From Actinomycetota bacterium (GTDB lineage: Bacteria > Actinomycetota > AC-67): a DNA stretch of 52,588 nucleotides. The position numbers were made by a program, and so were the translations under genes. Shown piece by piece: positions 45,925 to 52,588 of this stretch (its first letter is position 1; every line of letters starts with the position of its first letter). The stretch lies in NCBI GenBank assembly GCA_046712825.1, contig JBKKCR010000195.1:1-52588 (forward strand), given 5' to 3'. The notes below the pieces were generated by a model, which was not told the origin of the DNA, did not search any database, and was given only the letters and a program-made list of their open reading frames with translations.

Positions 45925-48026
45925 GCCTGAACGTCTGAGCCGGCGTCCGTTACCGCGGGCGCCGGCTCTTTCTTGCGGCCGTTGAGGCCGACCGAGCGCG
46001 CGAGGATCTGCGCGACGTCGAGCACCTGCACGCTCTCGGATGCTTGCTTCTTCTGGACCTTGTCCTTGACCGCGTCGTCCAACATGATCATGCAGTAGGG
46101 GCAGCCGGTCGAGACGATGTCTGGGTTCGTCCCGAGCGCTTCCTCGATCCGCTCGTGGTTGATGCGCTTGCCGGCGGTCTCCTCCATCCACATGCGCGCC
46201 CCGCCGGCCCCGCAACAGAACGTGCCGCGCTTGCAGCGGTGCATCTCGGTGGAGGTCACGCCGGGGATCGCATTGACGACGGTGCGGGGCTGCTTCATCA
46301 CGTCGTTGTGTCGCGCGAGGTAACAAGGGTCGTGGTAGGTGACCCGCGCGTCGACGTCCTGCTCGGGCTTGAGCTTGCCGTCCTTGATGAGCTCGGCGAG
46401 CAGCTCGGTGTGGTGGATGACCTCGAAGTCGCCGCCGAAGTCGGGGTACTCGTTGGCGATCGTGTTGAAGCAGTGGGGGCAGCTCGCGACGATCTTCTTC
46501 GTTCCCTTCTCCTTCAGCATGGCGATGTTGGACTTCGCCATCTCCTGATAGAGGTACTCGTTCCCCATGCGGCGCGCGGGATCGCCGGTGCAGGGCTCTT
46601 GGGGTCCGAGGATCGCGAACGACACGTTGGCTTTCACCATCAGCTCGGCGAACGCGCGTACGGCTTTCTTCGCGCGATCGTCGAACGCGCCCGCGCAGCC
46701 CACCCAGTAGAGGTACGTCACATCGGGCGGGATGTGGCCGTTGACGACGACGAGGTCGTCCTCGATCCCCTTCGCCCAATCGATGCGGTCCTTCGCGGCG
46801 GCGCCCCACGGGTTGCCCGAGTTCTCGAGGTTGCGGAGCATCACGCCGGCCTCCGGCGGGAACTTGGATTCCATCATCACCTGGTTGCGGCGCAAGTCGA
46901 TGATCGCATCGACGTGCTCGATGTCTACCGGGCATTCGTAGACGCACGCGCCGCACGTGACGCACGACCAGAGGAACTCGTCGGAGAAGACGTCGGGAAC
47001 GAGGTTCACCGGCGCGAGCTCGCCGGGTTCCTTCTCGCCGATCAGCTCGGGGCCGCGCGCCAGGAGGTTGTCGCGCGCCCACATCATGAGCTGCTTGGGG
47101 TTCAGCTCTTTGCCGGTGTTCCAGGCCGGACACACCGACTGACAGCGTCCGCACTCGGTGCAGGTGAGTGTGTCGAAGAGCTGCTTCCAGGTGAAGTCCT
47201 CGACCTTGCCGACGCCGATCACCGTGTCGTCGGTCATGTTCTCCATGTCGATGTGCAGCGGCTGCAAGCGGCCGAGCGCGAGCGGCTGCCGACCGAAGAG
47301 CACGTTCGGCGCCGAGGTGAAGATGTGCATGTGCTTCGAGTTCACGACGAGCACCAGGAAGCTCATCACGACCGCGATGTGGCCGAGGAGGAAGCCGTCC
47401 TCGATCCAGTGGAGCGTGCCCGTGCTCAGGTTCCGCATGAGGTTGCCGACCCAGTGCGATAGGAACGCGCCGTGCGGGGGGTACGGGAGCGTCTCGAGCC
47501 CCACCCGGGCAGCGCGGACCATCAGGACGGTCGAGACGACCAGGAAGATCATGATCAGGATGGCGTACGCCTGCCACATGTGGCTGGAGTAGAAACGCGA
47601 CTTGCGGCCGAGCATGCGCGGCCGTGTCGCGAGCCGGATCAGCGCGAACACGATCAACGCTGCGGTGACCGCGGCGATGAAGAAGTCCTCTACGAAACCG
47701 AGCCAGGCGTGGTGGCCGATCCAGGGGAGCTTCCCCTCACGATCGAACAGCTCGATGACCGACTCGAGCAGCGTGATCTGGATGACCAGGAACCCCCAGA
47801 AAGTCAGCGCGTGCGCAACGCCGGGAACCTTCCACTGGAGAAGCTTCTTCTGACCGAAGACCTTGATGATCTCGTACTTGAGGTTGGCGGGGATCCGCTT
47901 GAACCGGCCGGGGTCGCGACGGCCGGCGACGAGGAGGCGGAACAGGTAGGCGATTCGCTTCAGCGCGAAGCCGGAGGCCAGGGTGATGATCGCGAAGCCG
48001 ATGGTGACGCGGACCGCTGTGGCCAT
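45921..48026 (-). CDS. Membrane Fe-S oxidoreductase (FadF/HdrD-like, CCG domains)
   Basis: N-terminal TMs, CTECGRC...CP, CVTCGAC...CP, CTGD, CPHC, HDPCY, CCGAGG, CPYC. Confidence 0.92.
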   Translation of the reverse strand: MATAVRVTIGFAIITLASGFALKRIAYLFRLLVAGRRDPGRFKRIPANLKYEIIKVFGQKKLLQWKVPGVAHALTFWGFLVIQITLLESVIELFDREGKLPWIGHHAWLGFVEDFFIAAVTAALIVFALIRLATRPRMLGRKSRFYSSHMWQAYAILIMIFLVVSTVLMVRAARVGLETLPYPPHGAFLSHWVGNLMRNLSTGTLHWIEDGFLLGHIAVVMSFLVLVVNSKHMHIFTSAPNVLFGRQPLALGRLQPLHIDMENMTDDTVIGVGKVEDFTWKQLFDTLTCTECGRCQSVCPAWNTGKELNPKQLMMWARDNLLARGPELIGEKEPGELAPVNLVPDVFSDEFLWSCVTCGACVYECPVDIEHVDAIIDLRRNQVMMESKFPPEAGVMLRNLENSGNPWGAAAKDRIDWAKGIEDDLVVVNGHIPPDVTYLYWVGCAGAFDDRAKKAVRAFAELMVKANVSFAILGPQEPCTGDPARRMGNEYLYQEMAKSNIAMLKEKGTKKIVASCPHCFNTIANEYPDFGGDFEVIHHTELLAELIKDGKLKPEQDVDARVTYHDPCYLARHNDVMKQPRTVVNAIPGVTSTEMHRCKRGTFCCGAGGARMWMEETAGKRINHERIEEALGTNPDIVSTGCPYCMIMLDDAVKDKVQKKQASESVQVLDVAQILARSVGLNGRKKEPAPAVTDAGSDVQA

Positions 48027-48038
48027 CGGGGCGGCATC

Positions 48039-48542
48039 CTACCGGGCGTAGCGCTTCCTCGGGAAAACGTCCGAAGCCAGCGAGGAGACCCGGTCGAGGA
48101 AAAGAGTGCCGAAGCAGTGGTCGATCTCGTGCTGGAAGGCCCTTGCCTCGAAGCCGTCGGCCTCGATCATCATGGGACGCTCCTCGGGGTCGAAGCCGAC
48201 GACGACGATCTCCTCGGCCCTCGCAACGTTCGCGGTGATGTCGGGCAGGCTCATGCATCCCTCGCGCATGACGGCCCTCCCCTTCCGGCCGACGATCACG
48301 GGGTTGAGCATGACGATGAGCCCGTGCGTGGAGCTGGCCTTGCGGTGGCTCGAGACGTCGAGGCAGAAGGCCTGCGCGCCGACGCCGATCTGGGGAGCGG
48401 CCAGTCCAACACAGGCCGGGCTCGCCTCCATCGTGTCGAGGAGATCTTGCACGAGTGAGTCGGCGTCGGGGCCGGGCGGCATCTCCTCGGCGCGGGCCTT
48501 GAGGACCGGGTGCGGGTAGCGGACGATCGGCCGGACGGGCAC
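48039..48542 (-). CDS. def: Peptide deformylase
   Basis: CVGLAAPQIG, EGCMS, QHEIDH; GTG 48542. Confidence 0.9.
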   Translation of the reverse strand: MPVRPIVRYPHPVLKARAEEMPPGPDADSLVQDLLDTMEASPACVGLAAPQIGVGAQAFCLDVSSHRKASSTHGLIVMLNPVIVGRKGRAVMREGCMSLPDITANVARAEEIVVVGFDPEERPMMIEADGFEARAFQHEIDHCFGTLFLDRVSSLASDVFPRKRYAR

Positions 48543-48549
48543 GTCGACG

Positions 48550-49083
48550 CTAGAGCGTCTCGGCCTCGAGCGGATGGAACGAAACGTCGACGTCCAGGTC
48601 CGCGCCGGCCATCTTGAGATCGGCATCGATCGCCGCGGTGTCGGCGGTCTTGGGGACGACGACTTCCATGAGCACGACGTAAACGGGAGGCTCCCCCTCG
48701 ACGACGCGGGTGGCGAGGTCGGTGATGTTCACCTCGTGCCGGCTCAGCGTCTCGCTGACCCGGAAGACGATGCCCGGCTTGTCGGCGCCGTAGACGCTGA
48801 CGACGTACTCCTCCGCGCCGAGAGCGGGTTCGGCGGTGGAGGCGGCGACCGGACGCACCGAGACGAGAAGTTCGAGCGCCTGCGCCGGGCCGTGGAGCGC
48901 GCGCTCGACGGCGTTCGCGTCGGCGTCGTCGGGCAGGTCGACGATGAGCATCATCGAGAAGTGGCCGCCGAGGATCGCCATGCGGGAATCCTCGATGTTC
49001 CCGCCGTGCTCGAAGAGGATCTTGGCGACGGCGGCGGCGATGCCGGGCCGGTCCGCCCCCACCGCCGTCACTGCAACCTGCAT
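48550..49083 (-). CDS. Tandem ACT-domain protein (GcvR-like)
   Basis: G.DRPGI...NI.D and GADKPGIV...NITDL repeats. Confidence 0.85.
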   Translation of the reverse strand: MQVAVTAVGADRPGIAAAVAKILFEHGGNIEDSRMAILGGHFSMMLIVDLPDDADANAVERALHGPAQALELLVSVRPVAASTAEPALGAEEYVVSVYGADKPGIVFRVSETLSRHEVNITDLATRVVEGEPPVYVVLMEVVVPKTADTAAIDADLKMAGADLDVDVSFHPLEAETL

Positions 49084-49090
49084 GTTGGGC

Positions 49091-49100
49091 AACGTACCAT
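49091..49100. promoter_or_regulatory. Bidirectional -10 element (AACGTACCAT)
   Basis: TACCAT 7 nt before ATG 49108 and TACGTT 7 nt before ATG 49083. Confidence 0.55.
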
Positions 49101-49107
49101 TAGGCCG

Positions 49108-49575
49108 ATGAAGTTGCGCGTGCTCGCTCTGGCCTTCGCGTTCCTCGTCTTGGCGTGTGGGGGGAAGGGGCGGATCGAGTCCTTGTCCGGCGTCAAGGTC
49201 GTACTCGGCTCGGGCGCCACGGCGCTCGCGATCGTCGCCAAGGTCGCGGCGACCCCCGATGATCGGGCCGAAGGGTTGATGGGCGTCAAGTCGCTGCCGG
49301 CGAATCGCGGGATGCTCTTCGTCTTCCGTGAGCCCGGCAAGGTGCCCTTCTACATGAAGAACACGTTGATCCCGCTCGACATCGCCTTCATCGGCCAGGG
49401 GAAGGTTCTCCAGATCGAGTCGATGGTGCCGTGCAAGGTCGAACACTGTCCCTTGACCCGGCCGGACGTGACGTACGAGATGGCGCTCGAGGTTGCCGCC
49501 GGGACCTTCGCCAAGGCGGGGATACGCCCGGCGGCGCCGGTCTCGATCGAGGGGACGCTGCCGAGAGCGAGCTGA
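49108..49575 (+). CDS. DUF192-family lipoprotein
   Basis: LAC lipobox; R..GLM......GMLFVF, MKNT.IPLDIAFI, LEV.AG. Confidence 0.88.
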   Translation: MKLRVLALAFAFLVLACGGKGRIESLSGVKVVLGSGATALAIVAKVAATPDDRAEGLMGVKSLPANRGMLFVFREPGKVPFYMKNTLIPLDIAFIGQGKVLQIESMVPCKVEHCPLTRPDVTYEMALEVAAGTFAKAGIRPAAPVSIEGTLPRAS

Positions 49576-49581
49576 TGCGGC

Positions 49582-49992
49582 GTGGCCTACTTCCCAGATT
49601 TCGGCAAAGAGACCGCGGTCGTCTCCGGGCCGCTGATCCGCGCGGTGGGGTGGCTCTCCTCGACCCAGTCCTTCAACCAGGGTTGGGTCCCCGCGGAGTT
49701 CTCGGACCGGCTCGAGCTCATCTGTGAACGCTGGGACGACGGCGTGGAGCCGCTCGGCTGGCCGGAGAGCGCCGGCGTCCACACCTGCGAGCTCTGCGGG
49801 GACTTCCATGCCGCCGGGAGCGTGGGCATACCCGGGGACGGCATCCTGTTCGTAGCCCCGGAGATGGTCGCCCACTACGTGGACGAGCACGGGTACCTCC
49901 CCCCTGCCGACTTCGTCGAGGCCGTGCTCGCGTGCCCGATCCCGGGCACGGACGAATACGCCTCTGCCGTCGCGCCCTTCATCGAGCCCTAA
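49582..49992 (+). CDS. Hypothetical protein with H.CELC motif
   Basis: AVGWL, G.HTCELC, AP.MV.HYV..HGY.PP..F..AV; good codon usage. Confidence 0.72.
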   Translation: MAYFPDFGKETAVVSGPLIRAVGWLSSTQSFNQGWVPAEFSDRLELICERWDDGVEPLGWPESAGVHTCELCGDFHAAGSVGIPGDGILFVAPEMVAHYVDEHGYLPPADFVEAVLACPIPGTDEYASAVAPFIEP

Positions 49993-50013
49993 GCACCGAC
50001 GCCGCGGGGTAGA

Positions 50014-50032
50014 AGCCCTGCTCAGCAGGGCT
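50014..50032. terminator. Short inverted repeat after the hypothetical gene
   Basis: AGCCCTGCT-C-AGCAGGGCT; no U-tract. Confidence 0.35.
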
Positions 50033-50038
50033 AGGAGA

Positions 50039-50069
50039 CTTGACAGTAAGACACTCAAGTTTCTATACT
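50039..50069 (+). promoter_or_regulatory. dnaK promoter (TTGACA-N18-TATACT) overlapping a HAIR/HspR operator
   Basis: CTTGACA-N7-ACTCAAG versus HAIR consensus CTTGAGT-N7-ACTCAAG. Confidence 0.8.
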
Positions 50070-50136
50070 TGGCTCACATAACTTAATTTGGGTGCTCTTC
50101 TAGCTAGTAGAAGGGCCGAAACAGGGGAGCAAGCAA

Positions 50137-51996
50137 ATGGCGAAAGTAGTCGGGATCGATCTTGGTACCACCAACTCGGTTGTAGCCGTCCTCGAGGGCG
50201 GCGAGCCGACGGTTATCCCGAATGCAGAAGGCGCTCGGACGACTCCGAGCGTTGTCGCGTTCTCGAAATCGGGCGAGATCCTTGTCGGTGAGGTCGCGAA
50301 GCGTCAGGCGATCACCAACCCGGACCGCACGGTCCGCTCGATCAAGCGTGACATGGGCCGCAAGGACTGGTCGCTCGACGTCGACGGCAAGAAGTGGACG
50401 CCGCAGGAGATCAGCGCGCAGGTCCTCGGAAAGCTCAAGCGCGACGCGGAGGCATACCTCGGCGCGAAAGTGACCCAGGCCGTGGTCACCGTTCCCGCGT
50501 ACTTCGACGACTCGCAGCGTCAGGCGACGCAAGAGGCCGGGACTATCGCGGGCCTCGAGGTGCTGCGGATCATCAACGAGCCGACCGCGGCCGCGCTGGC
50601 GTACGGGCTCGACAAGAAGACGGACGAGACGGTTCTGGTGTTCGACCTCGGCGGCGGGACGTTCGACGTGTCGTTGCTCGAGATCGGCGACGGCGTCTTC
50701 GAGGTCAAGGCGACGCACGGCGACACGCATCTCGGCGGTGACGACTGGGACCAGCGGGTCATCGACTGGCTCGTCACGCAGTTCAAGAACAAGCACGGCG
50801 TCGACCTGGCCCAGGACCGGATGGCGCTCCAGCGCCTGAAGGAGGCCGCGGAGAAGGCGAAGATCGAGCTGTCCGGGACGACCGAGACGACGATCAATCT
50901 TCCGTTCGTGACGGCGACGGCCGAAGGGCCGCTGCACCTCGAGGAGAAGCTGACCCGCTCGGAGTTCGAGCGGATGACGTCGGATCTGATCGATCGGTGC
51001 AAGGGGCCGTTCACGATGGCCGTCAAGGACGCGGGGATCGACGTGAAGGCGATCGATCACGTGATCCTGGTCGGCGGCTCGACACGCATGCCGTCCGTTC
51101 AGGCGCTCGTGAAGGAGCTGACCGGCGGCAAGGAGCCGAACAAGGGCGTCAACCCCGACGAGGTCGTCGCGGTCGGCGCCGCGATCCAGGCCGGCGTGCT
51201 CAAGGGCGAGGTGAAGGACGTTCTGCTGCTCGACGTGACGCCGTTGACGCTCGGGATCGAGACCAAGGGCGGGATCTTCACCAAGCTCATCGAGCGGAAC
51301 ACGACGATCCCGACGCGAAAGAGCGAGATTTTCACGACGGCCGACGATGGGCAGACGCAGGTCGAGGTCCACGTCCTCCAGGGTGAGGGCGAGATGGCGA
51401 CCGGTCACGGTGTTCGCTCGCTGGGCAAGTTCCAGCTGACGGGCATCCCGGCTGCGCCGCGCGGTGTTCCGCAGGTCGAAGTCTCGTTCGACATCGACGC
51501 CAACGGCATCGTGCAAGTAGCCGCGAAGGACCTCGCGACGTCCAAGGAGCAGGCGATGACGATCACCGGCGGCACCGCGCTGCCGAAGGAAGAGATCGAT
51601 CGCATGATGCGCGAGGCGGAGCAGTTCGCCGACGAGGACGCGAAGCGTCGCGTCGAGGCGGAGGCCCGCAACCAAGCGGACAACCTCGTGTACCAGGCGG
51701 AGAAGCTCCTGTCGGAGAACGGCGACAAGATCCCTGCCGGCGACAAGGACGACGTGCAGAAGTCGCTCGATGAGGTGAAGGAAGCGCTGAAGGGCACCGA
51801 CGTGTCGGCGATCTCGGCGGCGTCGGAGCGGCTCTCGCAAGCGGCGCAGAAGGTCGGGCAAGCGATGTACAACGCGCAGCAGGCGGAGTCGGCTGCGGCG
51901 GCCGGCGGTGCCGGCGATCCGGGTTCGGCCGGGCCGGCAGGCTCGAGCGATGACGTGGTCGACGCGGAGGTCGTCGACGAAGGAGACAACGCGTAG
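50137..51996 (+). CDS. dnaK: Chaperone DnaK
   Basis: [43 protein letters not shown]. Confidence 0.99.
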   Translation: MAKVVGIDLGTTNSVVAVLEGGEPTVIPNAEGARTTPSVVAFSKSGEILVGEVAKRQAITNPDRTVRSIKRDMGRKDWSLDVDGKKWTPQEISAQVLGKLKRDAEAYLGAKVTQAVVTVPAYFDDSQRQATQEAGTIAGLEVLRIINEPTAAALAYGLDKKTDETVLVFDLGGGTFDVSLLEIGDGVFEVKATHGDTHLGGDDWDQRVIDWLVTQFKNKHGVDLAQDRMALQRLKEAAEKAKIELSGTTETTINLPFVTATAEGPLHLEEKLTRSEFERMTSDLIDRCKGPFTMAVKDAGIDVKAIDHVILVGGSTRMPSVQALVKELTGGKEPNKGVNPDEVVAVGAAIQAGVLKGEVKDVLLLDVTPLTLGIETKGGIFTKLIERNTTIPTRKSEIFTTADDGQTQVEVHVLQGEGEMATGHGVRSLGKFQLTGIPAAPRGVPQVEVSFDIDANGIVQVAAKDLATSKEQAMTITGGTALPKEEIDRMMREAEQFADEDAKRRVEAEARNQADNLVYQAEKLLSENGDKIPAGDKDDVQKSLDEVKEALKGTDVSAISAASERLSQAAQKVGQAMYNAQQAESAAAAGGAGDPGSAGPAGSSDDVVDAEVVDEGDNA

Positions 51997-52098
51997 GGCG
52001 TTTCGCGAGGGAGGTGATGTGAAGGAAGCCTCGTGGGCGAGAAGGTGGTTCTCAGGAGTGTTAGACGGTTTCGGGAGGAGGAACAGGAGGTGAAGGTC

Positions 52099-52539
52099 AT
52101 GGCGATCACCAGAAGGGATCCGTTCCGCGACCTGCTCAATCTGCAGAACGAGATGACGCGGCTGTTCGGCCGCGCGTACGGCGACGAAGCCGAAGGAACC
52201 CGCTCCACGTGGGCTCCGCCGATCGACATCTACGAAACGCAGGACGCGTACAAGGTCGTCGCCGAGCTGCCGGGCTTCGGTCCGAACGACGTCGATGTGA
52301 CCGTGAACGAGGGCCAGCTGTCGATCCTCGGCGAGCGGAAGTTCTACGACGAGGTTTCCGAGGAGAGCTTCCACCGCGTGGAGCGGCGCTTCGGAGCGTT
52401 CCAGCGGATCGTCTCGCTGCCGCAGCAGGTGCAGGCAGACAAGGTGGAGGCCGGCTTCGACAAGGGCGTGCTCACGGTGAGCATCCCGAAGGCGGAGCAG
52501 GCGAAGCCGCGCCGCATCGAGATCAAGGCGCACTCGTAG
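52099..52539 (+). CDS. Hsp20/alpha-crystallin small heat-shock protein
   Basis: [21 protein letters not shown]...LP, GVLT..IPK; AGGAGGTG SD before ATG 52099. Confidence 0.93.
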   Translation: MAITRRDPFRDLLNLQNEMTRLFGRAYGDEAEGTRSTWAPPIDIYETQDAYKVVAELPGFGPNDVDVTVNEGQLSILGERKFYDEVSEESFHRVERRFGAFQRIVSLPQQVQADKVEAGFDKGVLTVSIPKAEQAKPRRIEIKAHS

Positions 52540-52588
52540 TGAGCGACGCACCTCGCGTGCCGAGTGGGTCCGACCCTGTGGCGGGGTC
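52539..52588 (+). CDS. 5' fragment of next operon gene (possibly grpE)
   Basis: GTG overlaps the hsp20 TAG and the frame is open to the window edge; identity from synteny only. Confidence 0.3.
   Translation, partial: MSDAPRVPSGSDPVAG

Noticed and set aside
50104-52551. Long antisense ORFs (815 aa here; also 26103-27878, 20745-22673, 11076-12650, 46044-47462, 43810-45414)
   Set aside because: Shadow frames of real high-GC genes, with no motifs and complete overlap with well-supported CDSs.

Overview
High-GC window from an Actinomycetota genome, probably a deep-branching lineage (inferred from gene content). It is the conserved origin-proximal region: sigM/anti-sigma, alr plus a FemAB-family ligase, a pseudokinase, murJ, DUF6049, CCA-adding enzyme, sodN/sodX, PadR-ino1, DUF5318, a class A PBP with GT87, chdC, rpsF-ssb-rpsR-rplI, dnaB, nth, tRNA-Gly(CCC), dcd, a thiolase with an HMGCS-like/DUF35 fusion, an Fe-S oxidoreductase, def and dnaK-hsp20. 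I see no transposase, integrase, prophage or CRISPR array. The main unexplained items are: (i) a + strand block (about 25.4-31.9 kb) encoding a flavin-dependent halogenase-like enzyme and two secreted Calx-beta repeat proteins, one a sulfatase, lying between an aldehyde dehydrogenase and DUF779; (ii) two unannotated 53-aa Cys-containing microproteins, one Trp-rich and directly upstream of the HMGCS-like/DUF35-thiolase operon; (iii) a candidate ~70-nt sRNA with its own consensus promoter; (iv) a 76-aa insertion in the HD domain of the CCA enzyme; (v) widespread leaderless and bidirectional -10 promoters. All family assignments come from motif recognition by eye; no database search was run.
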